A DNA stretch of 37,125 nucleotides, from positions 1-37,125 of the IMG/VR virus record IMGVR_UViG_3300005512_000117; one strand, written 5' to 3'. Below the pieces are notes generated by a model that was given only the letters and a program-made list of their open reading frames with translations, had not been told where the DNA came from and searched no databases. The position numbers and the translations under genes were made by a program. This document shows positions 1 to 9,543 of the stretch, in pieces; the stretch's first letter is position 1, and the number at the start of each line of letters is the position of its first letter. The stretch comes from a virus (Duplodnaviria; Caudoviricetes).

Positions 1-3000
1 TGGCCCAGTCAAATACTTGGCGTTGAAGTACTGCTGTAAAACATTCCTGCCCTTCGCAAACTCCTTGTAATTAAATTTCTGGTCCTTTGGTATTTCGCCG
101 AACAGTCTCTTGCGGTCATACTCTGAGTAAAACTCTTTGTAGCGCACCTGAACCGGGACCGTAGTCGCTCCATCTATGGTGGCTAGCGCGGTGCGGTGCC
201 TGCCTTCGTGGCCAATAACCTTCATCTCTCCAGACTCTTCGTCCAGAGATATCTCAATCATCGGGATGCCCATATAATTTTGAGCGTCAACCTTGTCTGG
301 ATCAAATCTTGCGAACTGTTCGTCAGAAGCTACTTGGCCGCGCTCTCTCCTCAGCTCTCTTTCGAACCTAGTCGATGAGCCTGTTTTCTCAAGAGCCATA
401 CTAGATAAATCGTTAGCAGGCATGTCCTCTAGGAATTCTTTCGCGACACGAACCCTATCCCCCTTGCTGACAGGTCCGACCCCATAAGCAAGCGTCATGA
501 AATCTTCGACAGGCATTCGAACAGCGTAGGCAATCGTTCCAAGTGGGTAGCTGTAGTAATCAACTAACTGCTCTATCTGACGGTCTGTCGCGCTGTAGAA
601 CGCGGGCTGTCCACCTTGGGCCGCACGGGAGAACATCTGCATTCGATTAGCAGGAGCCCCCCGCTCACGAGCGCCGATCCTTCCAGACATAATGCCTTCA
701 AAGATTTGCTCTGGTGAATTGATGTCGTTGTCTGACATCGCGCCACCAAGACGCTTGAAGAAGTTGATGATCTTCTTGAACAGGCTGACTGGCTTGCCGG
801 AGATCTTCTTGCGTCCTGCGGCCCAGTCACGGAACAGCTCGGCAACAGCCTCCTCTTCCTGAATGACAAGGTCATCATCTTTGTACATTTGCTTGGCGCG
901 GTCGAAGTAAGTAAACAGGCGCTCTTTGCCATTACGATCTACATACTTCTGATCTTTCGCGGCCTTGACAAGAGACCGATACTCAGCATTAGTCAGTACA
1001 CCAAGGTTGCGCAGTGCGTGAATCACCTCATGATTCATGACCTCACGAACACGCGCAGTCAGTTGTTCCTCTGTCAGTGCTGGGTCGTATATTTGTGTTG
1101 ATAAGGCGATCAGTACATTGCCTGCATCACTTGACTCAGTGACACCCTCTACCATCTCGCCTGTCTTTGGATCCCTGACAACTTGGTCAAGGCGAAGAGC
1201 GACATCACTAAGGCCCATGCCTTTGAGTGCTGAGCTAAGCGCCGCTGATACCTTGTTCAGCTTTGTTCTGAACTCAGCAAGCTGAGGGAGTGTGACGGCC
1301 CGCTTGGCTAGTTCTCTGACAGCTTCCGCTTTCTGACCGGCAACCTTCTTGGAAAAGAGTCGTGTTTGACCTCGCTGACTTGGAGTCGTTGCTAGGATTG
1401 CAGAGATGCGCTGGTCACCAAGGCCGATTACCTTGAGGCGGTCAACTAAGCGCTTGCGTGTTCTTGATGCGGCTGATGTATTGTTCGCAGTCTCCTGCGT
1501 AGTCAGCATGTCGAATAGTCGGTTGACTTCTGCGTCTGAGAATGGGTCAACAGCCAAGTCAATGGACGGCTGTCTGATCTGCGGAGTTGTTCGGGCTTCA
1601 CCTTCTGGGGTGACTTGTATTGTTTCGGAGGGACGGGCTCGGCCTTCTGGGGCCTCACCATAGACTACATCGTCTTGACCGATGCGCGGCTTTTCATCTG
1701 CACCTAGTCTACGCTGTACCTGATCTGGCCCCTCTGGGGGAACATTGATTGTTCCGGGCTCAACCTCTGGGGCTTCACCAAATATAATGCCTGATCTGGT
1801 TATGCGAGGAGTGACAACCTCGCCCTCAATCACATTCTCTAAGGCAGGTCTTGTTTGAGTAGGGGGTAAAGTCCCCGGATCTTCTGGATCAAGAAGCTCT
1901 CCCTCAATAGTTCGAGGGGCAACTTCCATGCCTGCGGCAACGGCTTGATTATCATCGATGATCGCCTGCTCGGAGGTCAATGGGTCTGCGCCTTGAGTCA
2001 TCAAAGCTTCTTGGTAGCGGAGCTTTTGATCTCCGGCGAAAACAGATCTGTCTAGGTCTGCACGCTCAGACTCTGCTCTTTCGAAAGCCTCAGCGAACTG
2101 ATTCATTCTCGCGGTCTCTTCACCCTCCTCACGGAAATGAGCTTGGAGATCTTCATTGATTGCGACAGTGGGGTCAGCAGGCTTGATGATTCCCGTTGGG
2201 GCGGTGATCACCCCACCTACCAATCCACCTGCAATGAGGGACTCATAGAACTCTTTGCGAATCGCAGGGTCATTTTGAACCCTGTCAAAAAATGCATCTG
2301 GGTTAGCTTGAGCAACTTCAAGGACTTGCTGTAATGCCTCTGTAGGAGCCTCGACCAAAGCACCTTTAGCTCCAGCCCTTGCTACTCTATTAGTGATGCC
2401 TCTGTTTGCAACCTTAGCTAACTCGTCCGCACTTCTGGTTTTCCCAAAGATGCCTAAGTACCGACCGATTACTGCATCAAGAGCCGATTGCCCAACGCCT
2501 GTAATAACAGCTCTTCCGGTATCAACATCTTCAAGTGCCGCGCCTGTGTCTTCCATCTGGCGCTGAATGTTTTGCCCTGCAAAGAACGGGGTGCCCACAC
2601 CAATTGCGGCGCCCGCACCAGCAACAGGTCCGCCAAGAAGTGTTCCGGCAATACCCGCGCCTAACTGCGCACCTAGCTGTGGGGTTGAGAAAAGAAGTTG
2701 TTCATACGCATACTGTGGGAGGGCGGATATCCCGCTGAGGACACCTTCTTCTGAGAACTTATCAATGATTGATGGTACTTCGGGCCGGTATCTACGCCGC
2801 GCTTCTGATCGAGCCGCTTCTGCCGCACGCAATCCTGCCTCTGCGGCTTCATCGAAACCAAGCTCTTTAGCACCCGCCGCAAAGGCTGTCGATAAGGACG
2901 CCTCTGCCTGCTCTAAACCCGCGCCAAAAGGACTGAGCTCTTCCTGAGAGGCGATAAGCTGATCGTACTCTCCACTTGTAAGGTTAAGAGGATCGCCACC

Positions 3001-3063
3001 AACTTCAACAATCCGCTCAAGGAGCGGCGTTGGGACCATGCTTAGGTCAAATTCTCTGGCCAT
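1..3063 (-). CDS. Giant internal virion / polyvalent (DNA-ejection-associated) protein, 3' end truncated by the window; contains a zincin-like HExxH motif and a ParB-like motif
   Basis: Manual translation from ATG at 3063 (MAREFDLSMVPTPLLERIVEVGG...). No in-frame stop in the segments I translated, and the frame runs off position 1, which explains its absence from the ORF track. In-frame motifs: NHEVIHALR (HEVIH 1032-1018), QEEEAVAELFR (~860-830), VIGHEGRHRTALA...GATTVPVQV (~219-145). It follows the other ejection-type genes. Confidence 0.8.
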   Translation of the reverse strand, partial: MAREFDLSMVPTPLLERIVEVGGDPLNLTSGEYDQLIASQEELSPFGAGLEQAEASLSTAFAAGAKELGFDEAAEAGLRAAEAARSEARRRYRPEVPSIIDKFSEEGVLSGISALPQYAYEQLLFSTPQLGAQLGAGIAGTLLGGPVAGAGAAIGVGTPFFAGQNIQRQMEDTGAALEDVDTGRAVITGVGQSALDAVIGRYLGIFGKTRSADELAKVANRGITNRVARAGAKGALVEAPTEALQQVLEVAQANPDAFFDRVQNDPAIRKEFYESLIAGGLVGGVITAPTGIIKPADPTVAINEDLQAHFREEGEETARMNQFAEAFERAESERADLDRSVFAGDQKLRYQEALMTQGADPLTSEQAIIDDNQAVAAGMEVAPRTIEGELLDPEDPGTLPPTQTRPALENVIEGEVVTPRITRSGIIFGEAPEVEPGTINVPPEGPDQVQRRLGADEKPRIGQDDVVYGEAPEGRARPSETIQVTPEGEARTTPQIRQPSIDLAVDPFSDAEVNRLFDMLTTQETANNTSAASRTRKRLVDRLKVIGLGDQRISAILATTPSQRGQTRLFSKKVAGQKAEAVRELAKRAVTLPQLAEFRTKLNKVSAALSSALKGMGLSDVALRLDQVVRDPKTGEMVEGVTESSDAGNVLIALSTQIYDPALTEEQLTARVREVMNHEVIHALRNLGVLTNAEYRSLVKAAKDQKYVDRNGKERLFTYFDRAKQMYKDDDLVIQEEEAVAELFRDWAAGRKKISGKPVSLFKKIINFFKRLGGAMSDNDINSPEQIFEGIMSGRIGARERGAPANRMQMFSRAAQGGQPAFYSATDRQIEQLVDYYSYPLGTIAYAVRMPVEDFMTLAYGVGPVSKGDRVRVAKEFLEDMPANDLSSMALEKTGSSTRFERELRRERGQVASDEQFARFDPDKVDAQNYMGIPMIEISLDEESGEMKVIGHEGRHRTALATIDGATTVPVQVRYKEFYSEYDRKRLFGEIPKDQKFNYKEFAKGRNVLQQYFNAKYLTGP

Positions 3064-3064
3064 G

Positions 3065-4861
3065 TTAGCTCGCAGGTTGAGTGCGTTGGTTTATTATTGC
3101 TTGCGCTTCTGTCGAAAGGTTCTGCGTTGGCCCTTGCGCAAGCCCAACTCGTGACTGCATCATGCGGCGCAACTCTGATATCTGATTCTTGATCCGATCT
3201 TTTGATAGCTCGTCAAGCTCAGGGTTAAGTAGCTGGTCATTCAAAGAAGTGACTACCGTGTTAAGCTCGGACACCGTAGGGTTATCAGGGTCTTTGAATA
3301 AGCTTTTGACCTGCTCCCTAAATACAATGTTCTCCCGCTCACGCTGATTTTTGATGTTAGCAATATTTTGCAACTGCTGTTGCTTCATCTGGCGCTCGAC
3401 AGACTTGAGGCCCCTATCAATACTGGTCTTGCCTGCACCAGCAACAGACCCTAGGAAGTTCTCACCGCGTGTCCCCCGGTCTGCAAGATCTGCACCAAAG
3501 CGAGCGGCTTCTAACAGCAACGGCAACGGCAATCCGCCAAGGCCACCACTTTCTTGTGTCTTTGTGACGGGAGCCGGATCGTCTGCAAATGCGTCTGCAT
3601 AGAGTTGAGCTTCATCAATTGGGTCTGGATCAGGTACTTGTATGTCAATATCTGCAACGATCTCATCAGGTACTGACATAGTGGGTACATCGGCATCATC
3701 AAAAACTGCTGGGACTTCGGTCCTAAGGTTAGGTGCACGCTGTCCGGCGATCATAGTAGGCGCTCCGGGATACGGCTGAACCATTCCCGGATCTTGCATG
3801 ATACCGCCGTCTAAAGACGGATCTGTCTCTAGGATCTGAGCAATCCCCTGCTCTAGTTCGGCCTGAGTCCCCAGAGGATTTGGATCTGTGGATCCTACTC
3901 GACCCTCTTCCATACCCTGAGCTAGTGCGGCTGATTGCTCTGCTTGAAGTTGCTTTCTGGCAAGGGATGTTTCACGCAGACTTGGTGCTCGGAGGTTTGG
4001 ATTGCCGGCCAAAGCGTTTCCAATAGAGCCAATCGGGTCATCAATGAATCCTTCGAGTGCCGCTCTGCGTTCTTGGTTTGCCTGTGCGTTACTCGCCATT
4101 ATGTTCTGTGTTATTTGGTTCCTGACATCAAGCTCATCTTGGAGACGTAGCAGGTTATCTTGTTGGATCGCCGTCACAGCGCCGGCAGATTGTATTGCCG
4201 CGATAGCTTGGCGTAACTGCTCATCAGACAGCGCTGACGGATCACCACCCGCCTGCATCCTGATAACGCCGCCATTGTTCATGCTGATAACTTCAGTCAT
4301 GGAGCTAATTTTGTTCGTGTCTTCTTCAAGCGGATGAGGCTTCAAAAGTATATCCCTTATCACCTCATAAACTGAAGCATCATCGCCTTCCCCTGCTGGA
4401 TTGTAGCCGATCATAGTGCTTACTTTGTCTGGGCCGTCCATCTCTTCGTAGACGGAGTCTCCCCTTGGAACCTTCATTTCACCAGACTTGATCTTTTTCA
4501 TGATGTCTTCAATAGACATGCCGCCAATGCTTAACTTGCCACCACCTTGCATACGCATAGGTTGATTTTGTGCAATTGCACTTTGTTGCATTGGCATCTG
4601 TGGGCGAGCGGCCATTTGCTGTGGCTGACGGCGTGGCATCATTGAGCCAAGGCCCTGCTCTGTCTGAGTAATCACCTCTTCGGCAACAGTGGCGGTTGGC
4701 TTGGTCTGATTGAGCTGGTAGCGCTGACGCATATCCTTGCGTCGGTTCAGCTCAGAGAGAATCATGTATGAAGGGACGGAGCCTGATGGACGCTTAGCTT
4801 CTTGAACGAGTTGAGACTCGCTCATATCCTTCAGGGCTTCTTGTTGTTGGAGGATGTTCAT
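3065..4861 (-). CDS. Putative internal virion / DNA ejection protein
   Basis: 598-aa Q/A-rich, probably helical ORF with three MxxGG motifs; lies in the podovirus ejection-protein position; ATGA overlap with the upstream gene. Confidence 0.55.
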   Translation of the reverse strand: MNILQQQEALKDMSESQLVQEAKRPSGSVPSYMILSELNRRKDMRQRYQLNQTKPTATVAEEVITQTEQGLGSMMPRRQPQQMAARPQMPMQQSAIAQNQPMRMQGGGKLSIGGMSIEDIMKKIKSGEMKVPRGDSVYEEMDGPDKVSTMIGYNPAGEGDDASVYEVIRDILLKPHPLEEDTNKISSMTEVISMNNGGVIRMQAGGDPSALSDEQLRQAIAAIQSAGAVTAIQQDNLLRLQDELDVRNQITQNIMASNAQANQERRAALEGFIDDPIGSIGNALAGNPNLRAPSLRETSLARKQLQAEQSAALAQGMEEGRVGSTDPNPLGTQAELEQGIAQILETDPSLDGGIMQDPGMVQPYPGAPTMIAGQRAPNLRTEVPAVFDDADVPTMSVPDEIVADIDIQVPDPDPIDEAQLYADAFADDPAPVTKTQESGGLGGLPLPLLLEAARFGADLADRGTRGENFLGSVAGAGKTSIDRGLKSVERQMKQQQLQNIANIKNQRERENIVFREQVKSLFKDPDNPTVSELNTVVTSLNDQLLNPELDELSKDRIKNQISELRRMMQSRVGLAQGPTQNLSTEAQAIINQRTQPAS

Positions 4862-5757
4862 CCTTGACCACCACCTTGATTAAGCTGATTGACGGCGCCT
4901 GCCAATGACACACCTGAGATACCAAGACCAAGCAACTGCTGTGCGATATTTGGTTCCGCTGTGCTTACTTCTCGGCTAGGCACTCCTCGGATTAAGTCGG
5001 AGAACTTAGCAAGTTGTTGTTCTGGGAATGCCTGTTGGCGCTGGAATTCTTGGTATGCCTGATCGAGGGCGAGCTGTCTGCGTAATTCCTCAGCCTGACC
5101 AACCTCTTGCAAGGCGCCAATCCGACCAAGCAATGATTGCTCAGCCGAACTACCAAGTCCTGAGAGCTGTCCAATGCCTTGTGCCTGTGCCGCACGAGCC
5201 GCTTGCTCAGCTTGACGATCACGCTCGAACTGAGTTGATGCCGCTTCAAAAGCCTGCTGTCGGCCTGTGGCCTCTAGGTTTGACAGTCTTGACAACAGCC
5301 CTGACTCAGCCTGCGCTTCTGCAACAGCCTGTCTTGATCCGCCGAATGCCCCTGCTTGAATAGCCGCCGCATCACGGGATGCTTTTTGTTTCTGGAAATC
5401 TTCGATAGCCGCTTGTTTAGATCGGTCGATCACTGACTCAAAGTACGGAGACATGTATGCCTCCGCCTCAGTAGAACCAAACACACTCGGCTGTTGTTGT
5501 TCTCGTATCAAGCCCCGGGTCAGGTCAAGCGCTTCGCTGTAAACAGGAGAGCCTTCTGTCGCATATTGTTCGACAGCTTCTTGTGCCATGAGGCGCTGAG
5601 GGGATACTTCGGCAATGCGTGGTCCGCCGTACTGCACATAAGGACGAATGAATTCATCTTCGCCTGTGGCCAAAATATTCTGTACATATTGCTGAGCGTA
5701 ATCGGGAACGTCTGGAATGACCACCGATGTACCTGAATCTCCGCCGCCCTTACTCAT
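4858..5757 (-). CDS. Putative DNA transfer/pilot (ejection) protein
   Basis: 299 aa, Q/A-rich, with AAAIQAGAFGGSRQAVAE and a Gly-rich hydrophobic C-terminus (LLGLGISGVSLAGA), typical of podovirus ejection proteins; synteny. Confidence 0.6.
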   Translation of the reverse strand: MSKGGGDSGTSVVIPDVPDYAQQYVQNILATGEDEFIRPYVQYGGPRIAEVSPQRLMAQEAVEQYATEGSPVYSEALDLTRGLIREQQQPSVFGSTEAEAYMSPYFESVIDRSKQAAIEDFQKQKASRDAAAIQAGAFGGSRQAVAEAQAESGLLSRLSNLEATGRQQAFEAASTQFERDRQAEQAARAAQAQGIGQLSGLGSSAEQSLLGRIGALQEVGQAEELRRQLALDQAYQEFQRQQAFPEQQLAKFSDLIRGVPSREVSTAEPNIAQQLLGLGISGVSLAGAVNQLNQGGGQG

Positions 5758-6172
5758 CCTTCAACTCCATTTTGATGGCAATGTAGTCTTGCTCCCATCC
5801 AAATTTCTTGAGAGCTCTGACCCAGCCTGATCTGCCTCGGCCTTCGAGGCTTGAACATCCGTTGTGTATGGCGAAACTCTTCAGGGTTTCTAACACCTGA
5901 GGTAGCCAAGCCTTCATTTGCGAGCCGCCTACCCAATCAATGGAGAGTGCTCGTGAATTGCGGTACTGACATACTCGTGTTGTGAGGACAGCAATGAGTT
6001 CCTTCTCATCACTAAATATACCCCATAACTGAAGGTCTCCATCGACCAACTTGTCAAATATGTCAAAGGGATGGTACTGGCCATCCCTTGTCTCTGTGGC
6101 CTTCTTGAGCAAAGGCTCTACTCTTGGCCACTCCATCGGGATATGTTCCCGAGGAATTACTGTGAATATCAT
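5750..6172 (-). CDS. GNAT-fold-like virion assembly protein (positional analogue of P22 gp14 / T7 gp13)
   Basis: 140 aa; ..LSIDWVGG..W...LKSFA...GCSSLEGRGRSGWVRAL pattern; immediately precedes the ejection genes. Confidence 0.55.
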   Translation of the reverse strand: MIFTVIPREHIPMEWPRVEPLLKKATETRDGQYHPFDIFDKLVDGDLQLWGIFSDEKELIAVLTTRVCQYRNSRALSIDWVGGSQMKAWLPQVLETLKSFAIHNGCSSLEGRGRSGWVRALKKFGWEQDYIAIKMELKDE

Positions 6173-7158
6173 GCAAACATTTTAGCGAGCATCTCGTCTG
6201 CGTCGATCTGAGGCGCTTGCTTTGTTGTTCCTGTTCTTTCTTTTCTTACATCATCAAGGAGGCGGTCCATCTTTCGGGCCCCTGCATCTGATGATCCGTT
6301 GCCTATCCCGCTCAAGACATCAGCGGGAACGACATACTCATTCTCTGATAACAGTACATCTTGATCTTCGCCAAGCTTGGCTGGGACTAGGTCGTCCATG
6401 CCATCACCTGCTCCACGAATCATGCCCTCAGCCTTGCCGGCATTCTGAGCGATGACCCCTGACTGCATCTGCTCAGCAAGATCGATGAGAGCATCACGCC
6501 CGAATCGAGAAGCAAATCGTGACAACACTTGTACTGCTTGCTCCTGAGGCATCTCTCCCTTGAGGGAAGCGATTGCCGCAGAAACTAATTCTTTGTCGTT
6601 TAATTCTTCTGGGACCATGGACATAATTCCGCCTGCCTGAGCATACAATGGGCGGCGGCGTCTTGAGGGCGGTGCTAGTCTGTTACCGTACCCACGATCC
6701 TGAAGTGCTGGAGTTTTGTATGGGTTGGCTAGTAGCTCAGGGTTTGCCGCTTGAGCACCAACTGTTGACCCATAAACCCGGCCAGCTCCTGCGAGATTTG
6801 GGGTGACATTAAGAGCGCTTGCTGTCTTATTGGCTCCTGCCTGAAGTGCTCCCTTGATGCCTCCGGCAGATTGACCAGCGGCCTGAGCGGCCTGCATGTT
6901 TCCTGCCGCCGCCGCACTTTGCGCATCGATGGCTGACTGAGGAACCCCGGCAGATCCAACCTTTCCTCCCAAAGCGCCCATAGCGGCACCTGAGGCATAG
7001 GCTGTTAAGCCTGTTGTAATTGCTCTCTCAAGACCTTGCCCTGCGGCTAATGAGCCAAGACCGGATCCAATCGCGCCACCCATCGGGCCGCCAACCATGA
7101 ATCCTCCAATTGAACCAATCGTTGGTGCAAGCTTCTCAAGCTCATCAAAAAACGCCAT
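6169..7158 (-). CDS. Putative internal virion protein
   Basis: 329 aa; Gly/Ala-rich hydrophobic N-terminus; C-terminal GMIRGAGDGMDDLVPA..LSENEYVVPAD motif common in phage internal/tape-measure-type proteins. Confidence 0.55.
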   Translation of the reverse strand: MAFFDELEKLAPTIGSIGGFMVGGPMGGAIGSGLGSLAAGQGLERAITTGLTAYASGAAMGALGGKVGSAGVPQSAIDAQSAAAAGNMQAAQAAGQSAGGIKGALQAGANKTASALNVTPNLAGAGRVYGSTVGAQAANPELLANPYKTPALQDRGYGNRLAPPSRRRRPLYAQAGGIMSMVPEELNDKELVSAAIASLKGEMPQEQAVQVLSRFASRFGRDALIDLAEQMQSGVIAQNAGKAEGMIRGAGDGMDDLVPAKLGEDQDVLLSENEYVVPADVLSGIGNGSSDAGARKMDRLLDDVRKERTGTTKQAPQIDADEMLAKMFA

Positions 7159-7565
7159 TACAAGTCCTTGTATTCTTCGGTCGCGTCAAAAGACGGACAC
7201 TCTTTGTCAGAAATGTCTCTATGTCCTACGACTTCACAGCCGGGGTAATCTGCTTTGAGCTTTGTAAGAAGCTCAATAAGGGCCTCTTTTTGTTCTTCTG
7301 TGCGAGTGTCTTTCGCTTCGAGATCATCATCTGTTCCTCCCACATAGCAGACTCCGATTGAGCTTGCGTTGTGGCCTTTAGCGTGCGCACCAGAGAGTTC
7401 AACTGGACGCCCGTCATACACGGTCCCGTCGAGTTCGACAACAAAATGGTAGCCAATGTCAGACCAACCCCTGTCGAGGTGCCATTGTCGTATCTCTTCT
7501 GTCGAGACATCTCGTCCCTCCGGTGTAGCGGAGCAGTGCACCACTATTAGATCGATATTCCTCAT
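7158..7565 (-). CDS. Endolysin, N-acetylmuramoyl-L-alanine amidase (Amidase_2, T7 lysozyme-like)
   Basis: IVVHCSAT, WH...GWSDIGYHF, GAHAKGHN, IGVCYVGG, GHRD...KECPSFD zinc-amidase motifs. Start moved to ATG 7565 (MRNIDL), which makes an ATGA overlap with the upstream stop. Confidence 0.93.
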   Translation of the reverse strand: MRNIDLIVVHCSATPEGRDVSTEEIRQWHLDRGWSDIGYHFVVELDGTVYDGRPVELSGAHAKGHNASSIGVCYVGGTDDDLEAKDTRTEEQKEALIELLTKLKADYPGCEVVGHRDISDKECPSFDATEEYKDL

Positions 7566-8428
7566 GTATAATCCTTTAAGAGGGTCTCCATTGATACCCA
7601 TGAGTGCTCTTTTATTTTACCATCTCGGATGGTCAGGTCGTAGACCCCATAACTCCAACCCGTCACGCTATGCTTGGCATAATCTTCAACGTATCCGGGC
7701 GGTAACGAACACCCCAAATTGATCACAGTCACATACTCGTGACCAATCTTTGGGATATGCTTGACGACAGCCTTATGGGTATGCCCGTAGACGATATCAT
7801 GTAGACTGTCATTACCAATTTGGTTTTCAGAAGTCTTTCCGCCGTAAGGCTTGCCCATTGTATTAAGAGGAACATGCGTAAACGCAACGTCACCAATGAA
7901 GTGGAACTCTCCGAATTTAGAGTAGTCCCATCCGAAGTCAGTCAAGAGCTCATAGACCTTTTCATACAAGAGCTCAGCGAGTTCGGGGTGTTCATTGACG
8001 AATCTTCCGATTCGGTCTTCGTGATTTCCGAGGGTGACGTGCTTAGTTGCTTTGTGTCCTCCGAGGCCTTTATCGAACGCGGAGAGTGCTTCGAAGAAGG
8101 AGACGATTTCCTCTTGGAAGGAAGGTTTAGCCTGTCCCTTCTTGGTCCAGTTTGGCTCATGGAAAGACATGCTGTCCATTGAAGAGAAGTCACCGATCTG
8201 GACAATGCGGTCCACGTTGTTCTCTTTTGCGTACCTGCCCATCGCATAGAACCGAGACTTGTCCTTGAGCTCCACACTGTCGTGTGAATCTCCTATGGCA
8301 AGGACTCTAATTGGTTTGTGTGATTTCTTCGGGCGGGGATAATTTTTGTAAACTGGCTTTAAGTAAACGGTCTTCTTCGGTGCAGTCTTGTCAAAGTCAA
8401 CCAAGGGTTCCTTTTTTGGTCGTCCCAC
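7562..8428 (-). CDS. Calcineurin-like metallophosphoesterase
   Basis: All five motifs present: GDSHD, IGDFSSMD, LGNHE, THVP, GHTH; GTG start with AGGAG RBS upstream. Confidence 0.88.
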   Translation of the reverse strand: MGRPKKEPLVDFDKTAPKKTVYLKPVYKNYPRPKKSHKPIRVLAIGDSHDSVELKDKSRFYAMGRYAKENNVDRIVQIGDFSSMDSMSFHEPNWTKKGQAKPSFQEEIVSFFEALSAFDKGLGGHKATKHVTLGNHEDRIGRFVNEHPELAELLYEKVYELLTDFGWDYSKFGEFHFIGDVAFTHVPLNTMGKPYGGKTSENQIGNDSLHDIVYGHTHKAVVKHIPKIGHEYVTVINLGCSLPPGYVEDYAKHSVTGWSYGVYDLTIRDGKIKEHSWVSMETLLKDYT

Positions 8429-8457
8429 AAAGCGTCTCCTTTTTGGTGCGTTTACTT

Positions 8458-8466
8458 AACATACCA
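8458..8466 (-). promoter_or_regulatory. Possible extended -10 promoter (TGG-TATGTT) upstream of the phosphoesterase/endolysin
   Basis: AT-rich intergenic region with TGn + TAnnnT; no canonically spaced -35. Confidence 0.25.
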
Positions 8467-8518
8467 TATAATTCAAGGAGATAAACAAAAAAGTTCAATT
8501 GCACTTATTGAGACTTAT

Positions 8519-8887
8519 TCACTTCTTGTTCTTCGCAGAACCGACGGAATCGACCAAGCCTCCGCCGAAATAAAATCCCACGATCATCAACATGATCTCA
8601 CCTATCCAGAAGTCACCGATGATCTGCTTGATTGCGTCAATGTCGCCTTCACCCGCGAGAGTCATCGCAAGCACAAGGACAAACATGCTGAGGAACACTG
8701 CTGTAAACATCAAAGCGATGTAACGCTGGGCTATCTTGAAGGGAGCATACGCATTCATCAAGTCAATTTTCGCTTTCGACTTTTGAGCAATCTCTTCTTC
8801 AGTGCTTGTATGCATATCATCAATCAGCTCCATGCCTTTCTTGATGACATCGCCCGAGCCAAGTATCTTGGATAGAATCCCAATCAT
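8519..8887 (-). CDS. Putative holin (GTA/3TM-holin-like)
   Basis: 122 aa; amphipathic N-terminus, ..IDD..TS.EE.., two hydrophobic segments, GFYFG motif, basic C-terminus; near the endolysin. Confidence 0.65.
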   Translation of the reverse strand: MIGILSKILGSGDVIKKGMELIDDMHTSTEEEIAQKSKAKIDLMNAYAPFKIAQRYIALMFTAVFLSMFVLVLAMTLAGEGDIDAIKQIIGDFWIGEIMLMIVGFYFGGGLVDSVGSAKNKK

Positions 8888-9066
8888 GTAGAATCACCTG
8901 TCACATTTGTTTGTATGCAGATAGCGTCGTAGTTAATCTTCGGCTTTGGTGCTGTCGCTATAAAATACTCACGGGCCTCAAAGCACTCAGCCATTGTTGC
9001 GAACGGACCTTGGGGCATTGTGCCGTATCCGTTAGCGGTAATGACAATAGCGAATAACATCCACAT
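8884..9066 (-). CDS. Small hypothetical protein (hydrophobic N-terminus, two Cys)
   Basis: 60-aa ORF in operon orientation; ATGA overlap with the holin start. Confidence 0.55.
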   Translation of the reverse strand: MWMLFAIVITANGYGTMPQGPFATMAECFEAREYFIATAPKPKINYDAICIQTNVTGDST

Positions 9067-9078
9067 AGCTTGCTCTCT

Positions 9079-9495
9079 TTAGTCCCACAGGGCTTCGTAA
9101 TACTTTCCGAACAACCGAAACCCATTGGATATCCGATTCTGCTCAGCATCAATCTCCTCTCTGGAGTCGATGCGAAACCATACATCGTCCTTGTTTGCCT
9201 TGCAGTCAAAGGCATAGATCATCTCATCCAAGGCCCAATCCCAAGCTTGGAAGTGAAACTCGTCCGTGTTGTGATCAGCGGGCTTATCCGCCCGCAAGTC
9301 TTCTGGACGATCCTCCATGTCTACAAGAGGGGCGCCATGTTTTGTTTCTTTGAGTTGCTTCAGCATCGGCAGGATGATTGACGCAAGGGTGTGGTCCATT
9401 GACCATGTGTCCCAAGGATCAATCTTCACATACTCAATCTGCTTGGTCATCACGCCAAGGATTCGCCTTGGATACTTACCGAGGTAAACTTTCAT
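9079..9495 (-). CDS. Conserved phage hypothetical protein
   Basis: 138 aa, strong RBS (ACAGGAG); KIDPWDTWSMDHTLA..PMLKQLKETKHGAP and W.W.LDEMI.AF..GF.LFGKYY motifs that I recall from aquatic phage hypotheticals. Confidence 0.7.
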   Translation of the reverse strand: MKVYLGKYPRRILGVMTKQIEYVKIDPWDTWSMDHTLASIILPMLKQLKETKHGAPLVDMEDRPEDLRADKPADHNTDEFHFQAWDWALDEMIYAFDCKANKDDVWFRIDSREEIDAEQNRISNGFRLFGKYYEALWD

Positions 9496-9543
9496 GGGTT
9501 CGTCTCCTGTCGGTTTTGCATAGTATTCCTATGCATTTCCTTG

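Noticed and set aside
196-2947. Short ORFs listed in the track within 1-3063 (both strands)
   Set aside because: They are shadows or alternate frames of the single long minus-strand ORF starting at 3063, which carries recognisable motifs
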